This document shows, one piece after another, positions 45,645-55,076 of a DNA stretch of 64,000 nt. Made by a program: the position numbers and the translations under genes. The notes beneath the pieces were generated by a model, which had not been told where the DNA came from, made no database searches, and saw only the letters and a program-made list of their open reading frames with translations. Numbering within the stretch: the stretch's first letter is position 1; the number at the start of each line of letters is the position of its first letter. Origin of the DNA: an uncultured Candidatus Saccharibacteria bacterium (GTDB lineage Bacteria; Patescibacteriota; Saccharimonadia; Saccharimonadales; 2-12-FULL-41-12); assembly GCA_964404795.1 (NCBI GenBank), contig CAYOLI010000003.1, positions 31,621 to 95,620 on the forward strand, read 5' to 3'.

Positions 45645-46616
45645 ATGATGATTGTCAAAAGAGTAGCAATTTATTTGCTAGTTAGTTTATTTTCATTAAC
45701 AATTGCATCGGTGGCTGTGGCACAAGAGAAAGTGCCCGGTAGTGGTCTAAGGATTTCACCAACTCGTACAGAGTTGACACTAGATAGAGGGAAGTCAGCG
45801 TCAATTAAGATCACACTAAAAAACGTATCAGGTGGTGACGTTATTGCCAAGGCAGACGTAAATGATTTTGAAGCAGAGGGAGAAACAGGGGATCCGAAAT
45901 TACTAGTTAACCAGGGCGATAAAAGAACTCCAACCAGCGTAGCACCATTTTTGTCCGATGTTAAAGACGTCTCCTTGAAGACAGATGAATCTAAAGAAAT
46001 AAGCATCCCCGTTAACATTCCATCAAACACTGCTTCTGGGGCCTATTACGGCGTAGTTCGTTATTCTGCAATTCCTGCCACGGGCCAGAATGAGCCAGGC
46101 AAGGTTTCGTTAACGGCCAGTGTTGCTACACTAGTACTTATCGAAGTACCAGGCAATATCACTCAGCAAATTCAGCTCAGTGATATTATTGTTTACCAAA
46201 GGAACAAAGAGGCAACATTTTTTTCAAAACCACCGACAGATATAGGAATTAGGATAAAAAACACCGGCAATAGTTTCTCTAAGCCATTTGGTCGCGTAGT
46301 TATCACTAACAGTTTTACAAATAAAGAAGTTTATTCATACGAGATGAATAATACTACACCCAGGAACAATGTACTCCCAGGAACAACGCGTGTATTTAAA
46401 GATGCATTAAAAAACGTTAGTAAGCCAGGTCGATACACAATTACTGCTGGAATATCCCATGGTAGCGGTGGAGAGGTAATTACTAAAAGAGTATCGTTTT
46501 GGTATATTCCTGGATGGTTGATGTTCGTGTTGGTAGTTATCGTTATTGGACTACTGGTTTCTGTATTTTATCTGGTTAGGAAACTCAAGAAGAACAACAA
46601 AAGAATTAAACGATAG
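45645..46616 (+). CDS. Ig-like, chaperone-like cell-surface protein with a C-terminal TM anchor (DUF916/DUF3324- or PapD-like architecture)
   Basis: Signal peptide. LRISPTRTELTLDRGKSASIKITLKNVSGGDV. A second beta domain GIRIKNTGNSFSKPFGRVVI...LPGTTRVF...PGRYTITAGI. C-terminal TM helix WLMFVLVVIVIGLLVSVFYL plus a KKNNKRIKR tail. Confidence 0.5.
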   Translation: MMIVKRVAIYLLVSLFSLTIASVAVAQEKVPGSGLRISPTRTELTLDRGKSASIKITLKNVSGGDVIAKADVNDFEAEGETGDPKLLVNQGDKRTPTSVAPFLSDVKDVSLKTDESKEISIPVNIPSNTASGAYYGVVRYSAIPATGQNEPGKVSLTASVATLVLIEVPGNITQQIQLSDIIVYQRNKEATFFSKPPTDIGIRIKNTGNSFSKPFGRVVITNSFTNKEVYSYEMNNTTPRNNVLPGTTRVFKDALKNVSKPGRYTITAGISHGSGGEVITKRVSFWYIPGWLMFVLVVIVIGLLVSVFYLVRKLKKNNKRIKR

Positions 46617-46676
46617 ATAGGCCTCTTACGAAAAGGTGAGGTGGATATACTTTAAACAAAATAGCGAGGTTTTAGG

Positions 46677-47576
46677 TTGTACAGCCCAACACGCGTTACT
46701 TTAAAGAGAGTTAACTTGCTAATAGTTGTAGTGACTGTTTTTTATATTCTTATTTTTTCTTTTTTGCCAACTAATGCAGAAACAAGTAAATCGGGGTCGA
46801 TTGGTTTAGAGGGCACCATTCCGGGTGGTGTGCCAACGCAAGCTGCTAGTATTACCTTTCCAACCAATGGGGCAACAATCAATAACCTGCCAATAACGGT
46901 TATGGGTATTTGTCCAAAAGGTACAGTAGTTAAGTTATACAAAAATAATGTTTTTACTGGGTCTGCGCAATGTAGTAATGGTAGTTTTAGCATTCAGACC
47001 GATTTGTTTACTGGATCCAACGAGCTTGTTGCGAGAGTTTATAATGAGCTGGATCAAGCTGGTCCGGACTCCAATATAGTTACGGTAAATTATCCGCTAT
47101 CACAATTTGGAGTAGTAAACCGAGTATCGCTAACATCAACTTTTGCTAAGAGGGGCGCAAATCCTGGAGAACTACTCTCTTGGCCAATAACCTTAAGTGG
47201 CGGAATTGGCCCATATGCCATATCTGTTGACTGGGGCGATGGTACAAAGCAGGATTTGATTAGCCAACAGTTCCCTGGTGCATTAAATATTAGCCACAAG
47301 TACGAGAAGTCAGGGACTTACGTTGTTATTGTTCGGGCTTCGGATAAAAATGGTGAGATTGCTTTTTTGCAGCTAATTGGTGTGGCCAATGGTCCAGTTA
47401 CCCAAGATGATGGCAAGAAAGATGGTGCCGGTACAACTACAATTGTAAAAACTAGGATTTTGTGGCTTCCTGCATTAATCGCTCTTCCGTTAATACTTGT
47501 TGCTTTTTGGTTGGGTAGAAAACACGAACTTGACACAATTCATAAACGACTTGATAGAGGTGATAGCGACTTTTGA
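46677..47576 (+). CDS. Surface protein with Ig-like and PKD-like domains and a C-terminal TM anchor
   Basis: N-terminal signal/anchor. PKD-like ISVDWGDGTKQDL...HKYEKSGTYVVIVRASD. C-terminal TM helix ILWLPALIALPLILVAFWL. Confidence 0.6.
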   Translation: MYSPTRVTLKRVNLLIVVVTVFYILIFSFLPTNAETSKSGSIGLEGTIPGGVPTQAASITFPTNGATINNLPITVMGICPKGTVVKLYKNNVFTGSAQCSNGSFSIQTDLFTGSNELVARVYNELDQAGPDSNIVTVNYPLSQFGVVNRVSLTSTFAKRGANPGELLSWPITLSGGIGPYAISVDWGDGTKQDLISQQFPGALNISHKYEKSGTYVVIVRASDKNGEIAFLQLIGVANGPVTQDDGKKDGAGTTTIVKTRILWLPALIALPLILVAFWLGRKHELDTIHKRLDRGDSDF

Positions 47577-47615
47577 ATCTGGCTTTAGTTTAATCTGTGC
47601 TATAGTGTCTTTTCT

Positions 47616-48662
47616 ATGAGTTTGAAAACTGTTTTTGTTGGTATGAGCGGGGGCGTAGATAGCTCTGTAACTGCTGCTATTTTAAAAGAGCGGGGGTATA
47701 GGGTTATAGGTGTGTATATGAAAAACTGGACCCAGGATATTGCAGGCACTATTTGTCCATGGAAGGAGGATTATCAAGACGCTCTTAAGGTCTCGGTGCA
47801 GCTCGATATCGAATTGCTAGTTTTTGACTTTCAAAAAGAGTACAAGAAAAAAGTGGTTGACTATATGATTAGCGAATATGGTGCAGGGAGAACTCCAAAC
47901 CCAGATATTATGTGTAACCAAGAGATAAAGTTTAAGTTGTTTTTGGACACCGCACTCGAGAGAGGTGCAGATTTTGTTGCGACAGGACATTACGCGCGGA
48001 TTGTGGACGGCAAGCTTTTTATAGCCAGAAATATCGATAAAGATCAAACTTATTTCTTGTATCGGGTTAACGAAGATGCTTTGCAGAGGGTTCTTATGCC
48101 TATTGGCGAATTCGAGACGAAAGCCGAAGTTCGAAAAATTGCGAAGAACTTCAAATTGGTAACAGCCAATAAGAGAGATAGCCAAGGAATTTGTTTTGTT
48201 GGTAAGGTGGGAATCAAAGATTTTTTGAGCCAATATATAACAACTAAACCGGGTTCAATTATCGACCAGGACGGTGATGATATAGGTCAACATGATGGAG
48301 CAATTTTTTACACCATTGGTCAACGTTCTGGACTGGGCGTAGGGGGTGGACTACCATATTACGTGATTGGTAAAAATATGGAGAAGAACGAGGTTTATGT
48401 TACCAATCGTTTAGACGACAAAAAACTTTGGAGCAAGGAAATTTCAATTACTGACTTAAGCTGGATTACCAAAAGCCCCGCTCCCAAGAAAAAATATATG
48501 CTTAGAACGCGACACCGTGCTCCGCTAGTCGGTGTTAGGATTGAGCAAAGTGGAAATTTTGCGAAACTACTCTTAGATGATGAGATTAGAGCAGTCACAT
48601 CTGGGCAATCAGCAGTAATTTATGACGTAGATCAGGTGGTTGGTGGTGGTATTGTTGTTTAG
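47616..48662 (+). CDS. mnmA: tRNA-specific 2-thiouridylase
   Basis: PP-loop VGMSGGVDSSV, NPDIMCN, GHYAR, KDQTYFL and SQGICFVG. Confidence 0.95.
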   Translation: MSLKTVFVGMSGGVDSSVTAAILKERGYRVIGVYMKNWTQDIAGTICPWKEDYQDALKVSVQLDIELLVFDFQKEYKKKVVDYMISEYGAGRTPNPDIMCNQEIKFKLFLDTALERGADFVATGHYARIVDGKLFIARNIDKDQTYFLYRVNEDALQRVLMPIGEFETKAEVRKIAKNFKLVTANKRDSQGICFVGKVGIKDFLSQYITTKPGSIIDQDGDDIGQHDGAIFYTIGQRSGLGVGGGLPYYVIGKNMEKNEVYVTNRLDDKKLWSKEISITDLSWITKSPAPKKKYMLRTRHRAPLVGVRIEQSGNFAKLLLDDEIRAVTSGQSAVIYDVDQVVGGGIVV

Positions 48663-48731
48663 CTAATACGCATTAGCATTGTTTACGCACTGATTTGTTA
48701 AGATTGACATGCTATTGATAGAATATCCTCA

Positions 48732-50621
48732 ATGACTGCCCAAGAAATAAGAAATTCTTACATAGATTTTTTTGTAAGTAAAAAACATGTTGACATTGGT
48801 CGTTCGTCTTTGCTTCCTAGCGAAGATTTAACAACGCTTTTTACTGGAAGCGGTATGCAGCCACTAATTCCGTATTTACTTGGCGAGGTGCACGCTAGTG
48901 GTAGGCGACTAGTCAATTCACAGACCTGTTTGAGGGCTCAGGATATTGAGGAAGTTGGAGACAATCGACATACAACATTTTTTGAAATGCTTGGGAATTG
49001 GTCTTTAGGTGACTACTCTAAACGTGAGCAGATATCTTGGTTTTTTGAATTCTTAGTGGATGTTGTTCATTTAGATCCGAAGCGTCTTTATGTAAGTTGT
49101 TTTATTGGTAGTGAAGAATATGGCATTGAGCGAGATAATGAAACGGCGAGTATTTGGCAAGAACTTTTCAGATCAAAAGGTATTGACGCCAAGATTGTTG
49201 AGATTGGTAGTCAGTCCGATGGTGACAAGAAGGGTATGCAAGATGGTCGGATATTTTTTTATGATGATGGCGAAAATTGGTGGAGCCGCAACGGGGGGTT
49301 AAAAAATACCCCTATTGGAGATCCCTGTGGACCAGATAGTGAAGTGTTCTACGACTTTGGAGATCAATTTCACGATGTCAGCTACGGGTTACCACATCCA
49401 GCTAGCGAGAGTGGCCGATTCATGGAGATTGGCAATCAAGTATTTATGCAGTACCAGCGGACTAACGCTGGTTTTATCACTTTGACTAGGCAGAATGTTG
49501 ATTTTGGTGGGGGGTTGGAGCGAATTGCTGCGGCTAGAAATAACAGTCCAGACGTTTATAAAACAAGCATTATCTGGCCTATTATTCAGAAACTAGAATT
49601 GCTTTCGTCAAAAAAATACAATTCTCACACGCGTAGTATGAGAATAATTGCCGACCACCTTAGAGGGGCTACTTTTTTGGCAGTAGATGGGGTGATCCCC
49701 AGTAACAAAGAGCAAGGTTACGTTATGAGGCGGTTAATCAGGCGAGCTATGGTTCAAGCATTTGATCTTGGGGTAGAACATAATTTTTTGCAAGAAATTG
49801 TTCCTGTCATCGCAGACCTGTATCATGACGATTTTCCAGAGGTAGCAAAGAATCGAGAAAAAATTATTAGTTGCTTAACTAAAGAAGAGAGTATTTTTAG
49901 GCAGACACTGCGCAAAGGGCTACATGAATTCGAAAAGATAGCTGCTCACGCTAGTGGAACAATTTCGGGTAGGGATATCTTCAAGCTTTATGATACTTTT
50001 GGTTTTCCTGTAGAGCTTACAAAGGAGGAGGCATATAAACGAGAGATTAATTTAGAAGAAAATGCCGATATAGTCTTCAACGAATTAATGCAAGAACAGC
50101 GTGCTCGTTCACATTCATCCCAAAAAGGAGTGTTTCGCGGTGGTTTAGTAGACCATAATCCAGACACCATCAAACATCATACCGCAACCCACCTAATGTA
50201 CCAGGCATTAAGGCAGGTTCTTGGAGACGAGGTAGTTCAGCGTGGCTCTAAAGTAACTTCCAATAAAACCCGTTTTGATTTTAGCTATCCTAACAAACTA
50301 AGCGAGGATCAGAAACGTGCTATAGAAGATTTGGTAAACCAAAAAATTGAACAAGATCTTCAAGTGACCTTCAATGAGTATCCTGTAAACGAAGCATTTA
50401 AAATGGGTGCAAAAGGTGCATTTGGTGATAAATATGCCGATGTCGTTACGGTTTATTCTATAGGCGCACAGAACCAAAAGCCCTTCAGTATCGAAATTTG
50501 TGGAGGGCCACATGTTAATCATACTGCTGAGCTTGGGTATGGGGGTAAAAAGTTTAAAATTCTTAAAGAAAAATCATCTTCAGCTGGAGTTAGAAGAATT
50601 GAAGCATCGCTTGTCGAGTGA
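48732..50621 (+). CDS. alaS: Alanyl-tRNA synthetase, short form (catalytic and editing domains, no C-terminal C-Ala/DHHA1 region)
   Basis: RHTTFFEMLGNWSLGDY and FGGGLERI in the catalytic domain. Editing-domain motifs HTATHLMYQALRQVLG and CGGPHV. 629 aa. Confidence 0.85.
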   Translation: MTAQEIRNSYIDFFVSKKHVDIGRSSLLPSEDLTTLFTGSGMQPLIPYLLGEVHASGRRLVNSQTCLRAQDIEEVGDNRHTTFFEMLGNWSLGDYSKREQISWFFEFLVDVVHLDPKRLYVSCFIGSEEYGIERDNETASIWQELFRSKGIDAKIVEIGSQSDGDKKGMQDGRIFFYDDGENWWSRNGGLKNTPIGDPCGPDSEVFYDFGDQFHDVSYGLPHPASESGRFMEIGNQVFMQYQRTNAGFITLTRQNVDFGGGLERIAAARNNSPDVYKTSIIWPIIQKLELLSSKKYNSHTRSMRIIADHLRGATFLAVDGVIPSNKEQGYVMRRLIRRAMVQAFDLGVEHNFLQEIVPVIADLYHDDFPEVAKNREKIISCLTKEESIFRQTLRKGLHEFEKIAAHASGTISGRDIFKLYDTFGFPVELTKEEAYKREINLEENADIVFNELMQEQRARSHSSQKGVFRGGLVDHNPDTIKHHTATHLMYQALRQVLGDEVVQRGSKVTSNKTRFDFSYPNKLSEDQKRAIEDLVNQKIEQDLQVTFNEYPVNEAFKMGAKGAFGDKYADVVTVYSIGAQNQKPFSIEICGGPHVNHTAELGYGGKKFKILKEKSSSAGVRRIEASLVE

Positions 50622-50671
50622 TTTATAGATTGTGAATGAATTAATCCCGACAATCGTTGTATAATACTCTT

Positions 50672-51955
50672 ATGTTAAATAAACTGAAGGCAACTGTTGC
50701 CAACAGAACTACTCAGCACAAAAATTCAAATAATCGCTACATTGTTGCTCTCGATATTGGAACGGTCTTTGTAAAGGCCCTCATCGGTCAGGTTAAGGGT
50801 AGCGAAATTGAAATTGTTGGTGTTGGTAGAGCCCACCAGGCCTATACCGACATGCAGGCCGGCGCAATTGCCGATATTGAGTCGGTTGTGCAAAATTGCA
50901 ATCAGGCCTTAGCAATCGCAGAAGAGCAGTCAGGTGTTAGTGTCAGAAGTGGCGTAGTTGGCATTGCTGGGGAGCTTGTAAAGGGTACAACCAGTACAAT
51001 TCACTGTAATCGCAAAGACCCAAATAAAGAGATAGATTTGGATGAGATGGAACAAATCGTCCAGCTTGTGCAGGAAAGAGCGGAGGCCAGAGCCCGCAAA
51101 ACGTTAGCTTGGGAGCTTGGTGGAAAACAGGTTGACGTTCGTTTGGTCAACAGTGCTCTTGTTGGTATATCAATTGATGGTTATGTAGTTACAAACCCTA
51201 TCGGTTTTAAAGGCCGTGACGTTGTAGTTCAGCTCTATACCGCGTTTGCGCCATTAATTCATATTGCGGCTCTTGAAAGGACCGCATCCGAGCTTGACCT
51301 TGATTTATTGGCTGTAGCCGCTGAACCGTTCGCTGTGGCTCGCTCGGTAATTGGGGATAATCCAAATACTTCGATGAGTGCTGTTTTGATGGATATTGGT
51401 GGCGGTACTACAGATATTGCAGTTGTAAATGAAGGAGGAGTACAGGGTACTAAGATGTTTGGCATTGGCGGACGTGCTTTTACTAAGTCAATTGAGAAAG
51501 ACCTTAACATAACATTTGAAATGGCTGAGAAATTAAAACTAAATTTGGCAGAATCAAAAAACCCAGAACAGCACGAGGCGGTGATAGAGGCACTAGATAA
51601 GGTGAGCGACGTTTGGATTGGGGGTGTAGAACTAGCCCTAAGTGAGTTCGACAATCTTGACCATTTACCTCATCAGGTTTTACTGTGTGGTGGAGGATCG
51701 AGTCTAGAATCGGTTATGAAAACTCTGAAGGAAACAAACTGGTATAGCCAGCTGCCATTTGCTAAAAAACCAAAAGTCAATTACATCACTCCTGATCAAG
51801 TCATTGGTATTACTGATAAAAGCGGTATGGTAAATGATCATACATTTGTTACAGCAATGGGGCTATTAAGAGTCGGACTAGACACCATCGAACAAGACGG
51901 AATTAACAGTTCGGGCTCGGTTAAAGATCGGTTAGATAGAATATTACAGGTATAA
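50672..51955 (+). CDS. ftsA: Cell-division protein FtsA (actin-like ATPase)
   Basis: ALDIGTVFVKALIG, MDIGGGTTDIAV and LCGGGSSL. The ORF opens with TTG at 50657, but a TATAAT 6 nt before the ATG at 50672 suggests a leaderless start. Confidence 0.8.
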   Translation: MLNKLKATVANRTTQHKNSNNRYIVALDIGTVFVKALIGQVKGSEIEIVGVGRAHQAYTDMQAGAIADIESVVQNCNQALAIAEEQSGVSVRSGVVGIAGELVKGTTSTIHCNRKDPNKEIDLDEMEQIVQLVQERAEARARKTLAWELGGKQVDVRLVNSALVGISIDGYVVTNPIGFKGRDVVVQLYTAFAPLIHIAALERTASELDLDLLAVAAEPFAVARSVIGDNPNTSMSAVLMDIGGGTTDIAVVNEGGVQGTKMFGIGGRAFTKSIEKDLNITFEMAEKLKLNLAESKNPEQHEAVIEALDKVSDVWIGGVELALSEFDNLDHLPHQVLLCGGGSSLESVMKTLKETNWYSQLPFAKKPKVNYITPDQVIGITDKSGMVNDHTFVTAMGLLRVGLDTIEQDGINSSGSVKDRLDRILQV

Positions 51956-51967
51956 TAGAAGTAAATT

Positions 51968-53623
51968 ATGGCAACAGACACAAAAGACATTATTTATCTG
52001 GATATAGACGAAGATATCACGGGTATTATTCATAAACTACAAAAAAGTCCAAAAAGTATCGTCGCGTTAGTTTTGCCTAAACGGGCAACGGCACTTCAGT
52101 CAATAGTTAACATGAAGTTATTAAGGAGGACTGCCGAGCAAAATGGTAAAAAAGTTGTCCTGATAACTTCTGAAGCTGCACTAATGCCATTAGCAGGTGC
52201 GGCATCGGTGCACGTTGCATCTAACTTGAGCTCTAAGCCGTTTTTGCCACCTTCGCCCGAAGTGAAGCTGGCCGAAGATGATATTGCTGAGTTGCCGATA
52301 CGCCAAGCGCAACAAGAATCGGCTACTCAACACATAAAACCAGAAGAGGTTATTCAGGTCGATAATACAGCAAGGCAACCATCGACATCGGCAACTTCCC
52401 AAAATGGAAAAGATAAAGAGTCGAAAAATAAGAAAAAACTTAAAGTTCCGAATTTCGAGAGTTTTCGAAAGAAACTGATAATTGGGGTTATAGTTGCTCT
52501 ACTGTTGATTGGCGGTCTAATTTGGGCATTATTTTTTTCTGCGAAGGCGACAGTTACGCTCAAAACCGAAGCTAGCGACATATCGGTAGACTTAGATTTT
52601 ACAGCCGATACGAGTGCTAGTAGTGTAGATGCTATGCGCATGGTTATTCCGGCCAGTAAAAGAGAAAGCAATCAAAACGCGTCCGAAAAAGTTCCAGCAA
52701 CGGGTAGTAAGGATAAGGGAACTAAGGCCGGTGGAACAATATCTTTAAAAAACTGCGGTAGTAATTCGGCTACTATTCCGGCGGGCACTGGTGTAAGCAG
52801 TGGAACATTTACCTTTATTACTCAGCAATCGATAAGTCTGAGCGACGGTAACTTTGATGGTAGCGGAAATTGTAAAAACAGTGGTTCTCACACTGGAACA
52901 GTCAATGTTGTAGCACAAAATAATGGCGATCAGTATAATCTGAGCGCTCGGACCTATACTGTATCCGGATTTTCTCAAATAACAGCCAATGGTTCACAAA
53001 TGAGCGGTGGCTCTAGTAACGTTGTAAAGGTTGTCTCAGACCAGGACGTAGAGTCAGCCAAACAAAAGATTACCTCTAAAAAGGATGAAAAAAAGCAGGA
53101 GTTATCGGATCAGCTAAAAAAAGATGGCTATATTCCGATAGCAGAAACGTTTAGCGACAACACGCCAACATTTAACGTATCACCTAGCGTAGATAGTGAG
53201 GCGACCGATGTTACTGTGAGTGCAACGATTACCTACAGTATGATTGGCATAAAAGAGTCCGATCTTAACCAGTTGGTCGATGCTAAAGTAAAAGATCAAA
53301 TTGATCCAAGCAAACAAGGTATTTTAGGCAGAGGACTTTCAAATGCTCTATTTAAAATTGGTGACGACAAAAATGGTAAAACAAAAGTATCACTTAGTAC
53401 TGTTGTCTCGGTAGGTCCCGATATTAACCAGGATGAGTTAAAAAACGAGATATCTGGCAAAAAAACTGGGGAGGCCGAAAAGATTTTGTCAGCTCGACCA
53501 GGTATTATTGATGCAAAAGTTGTAGTAACACCTAGCTGGAATACTAAATTGCCAAAACCGTCAAAAATTAAATTGGTTATTGAAAATGCCGATGGGAAAA
53601 AGCTTGATACCCAAAAACCCTGA
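51968..53623 (+). CDS. Large hypothetical bitopic membrane protein downstream of ftsA
   Basis: 551 aa. Cytoplasmic N-domain, K-rich linker, TM helix LIIGVIVALLLIGGLIWALFF, then a beta-rich ectodomain (GTISLKNCGSNSATIPAGTGVSSGTFTFITQQ). No family assigned with confidence. Confidence 0.5.
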   Translation: MATDTKDIIYLDIDEDITGIIHKLQKSPKSIVALVLPKRATALQSIVNMKLLRRTAEQNGKKVVLITSEAALMPLAGAASVHVASNLSSKPFLPPSPEVKLAEDDIAELPIRQAQQESATQHIKPEEVIQVDNTARQPSTSATSQNGKDKESKNKKKLKVPNFESFRKKLIIGVIVALLLIGGLIWALFFSAKATVTLKTEASDISVDLDFTADTSASSVDAMRMVIPASKRESNQNASEKVPATGSKDKGTKAGGTISLKNCGSNSATIPAGTGVSSGTFTFITQQSISLSDGNFDGSGNCKNSGSHTGTVNVVAQNNGDQYNLSARTYTVSGFSQITANGSQMSGGSSNVVKVVSDQDVESAKQKITSKKDEKKQELSDQLKKDGYIPIAETFSDNTPTFNVSPSVDSEATDVTVSATITYSMIGIKESDLNQLVDAKVKDQIDPSKQGILGRGLSNALFKIGDDKNGKTKVSLSTVVSVGPDINQDELKNEISGKKTGEAEKILSARPGIIDAKVVVTPSWNTKLPKPSKIKLVIENADGKKLDTQKP

Positions 53624-54014
53624 ACCATTCAGTAGTATTTTGGGATTAGATGTTGGCCAGAAGAGAATCGGCGTAGCTATTTCTAATGTCATCGCTAAGA
53701 TGCCGCGTCCTCTTTGTACTTTAACCAACAATGAACAGATTTTTTCAGAAGTTGGTAAAATAGCTAAAACTGAGCGAGCAGGGTTTGTGGTAGTTGGCCT
53801 GCCAAGGAATTTGGATGGACTTGAGACGTCTCAATCTGAGGAGATTCGTGAGTTCGCTACCAACCTGACTTTGGCAACAGGCCTGCGTGTTGAGTTTGCC
53901 GACGAAACATTGAGCAGTAAAAGGGCAGAGCAATTAATGAGAACCCATCAAACAAAGCATGGGCTTGATGAGTTTGCTGCATGCTTTATACTAGAAGAGT
54001 TTTTTGCTAATTGA
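53580..54014 (+). CDS. ruvX: YqgF/RuvX-family pre-16S rRNA nuclease / Holliday-junction-resolvase-like protein
   Basis: ILGLDVGQKRIGVAIS, VVGLPRNLDG and DETLSSKRAE. The exact start is uncertain; the ORF overlaps the upstream gene by 44 nt. Confidence 0.8.
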   Translation: MKMPMGKSLIPKNPEPFSSILGLDVGQKRIGVAISNVIAKMPRPLCTLTNNEQIFSEVGKIAKTERAGFVVVGLPRNLDGLETSQSEEIREFATNLTLATGLRVEFADETLSSKRAEQLMRTHQTKHGLDEFAACFILEEFFAN

Positions 54015-54026
54015 GTAATTACGACT

Positions 54027-55076
54027 ATGAAAATTGAAATACCCAAGATTGATAGAAGACAACAAAAATTACTAGCTATTATATTTGGAGTAATTATATT
54101 GTTAATTTTTACATCTGTTATTGTAAGGAAAACATATATTGAGAACATCAAGCCAGTTAGTGGCGATACAACCACCCAGGTAGTTACAATTAAATCGGGT
54201 AGTACCACTTCGGATATCGCTAGCGCCTTAAAGTCAAAAGGAGTGATCAGGAGCGATTGGGCGTTTGAGTGGTATGTGCGGAACCACAATTTACGGGATG
54301 AATTAAAGGCCGGAACTTATCTTTTCTCTCCGTCTCAAGGAGTTAGTGAGATTGTGAATCAGCTTGTAGATGGCAAGGTGGCTACTAATCTTGTAGTAAT
54401 TTTGCCGGCAAAACGGCTTGATCAAATTAGGACTTCATTAATTAAAGATGGATTTTCAGAGTCAGAGGTGGATAACGCCCTAAGAGCAGACAATTACAAA
54501 GACCATCCTGCCTTGCGTGATAAGCCCGCAGGGGCTAGTTTGGAGGGTTTTTTATACCCCGAGAGTTTTCAAAGGACAGCTGAAACAACCGCTAGTGAGA
54601 TTGTAAAAATGTCTCTTGATGAAATGAACTCTCATCTAACAAGCGAGATCAGGGAGGGTTTCTCTAGGCAAGGGTTGAGCACCTATCAAGGAATTATTAT
54701 TGCCTCTATTGTCGAGCAAGAAGTGAGCGACAAAAATCCTCTAGATCGGGCACAGGTTGCCCAAGTGTTCTTAAAAAGGTATAAACAGGGTATGGCTCTT
54801 GGGTCCGACCCAACTGCATTCTATGGAGCCGCTATTGCAAATCAGCCAAAAAATTTAAACTTTGACTCACCATATAATACAAGAATGTACCCTGGTCTGC
54901 CTCCGGGCCCAATTGGGAATGTATCAGAGAGCGCTATGAAGGCAGTTGCCTTTCCTGCTGGCACGGAATGGTTATATTTTGTGTCTGGGGATGACGGTAA
55001 AACATATTTTTCAAAAACACTTAAAGAACACGAAGCGCTTACCAGAGATCATTGCAAGGAAAACTGTAACTATTAA
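54027..55076 (+). CDS. mltG: Endolytic murein transglycosylase MltG (YceG family)
   Basis: N-terminal TM helix, LEGFLYPESF, ASIVEQE and YNTRMYPGLPPGPIGN. Confidence 0.9.
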   Translation: MKIEIPKIDRRQQKLLAIIFGVIILLIFTSVIVRKTYIENIKPVSGDTTTQVVTIKSGSTTSDIASALKSKGVIRSDWAFEWYVRNHNLRDELKAGTYLFSPSQGVSEIVNQLVDGKVATNLVVILPAKRLDQIRTSLIKDGFSESEVDNALRADNYKDHPALRDKPAGASLEGFLYPESFQRTAETTASEIVKMSLDEMNSHLTSEIREGFSRQGLSTYQGIIIASIVEQEVSDKNPLDRAQVAQVFLKRYKQGMALGSDPTAFYGAAIANQPKNLNFDSPYNTRMYPGLPPGPIGNVSESAMKAVAFPAGTEWLYFVSGDDGKTYFSKTLKEHEALTRDHCKENCNY

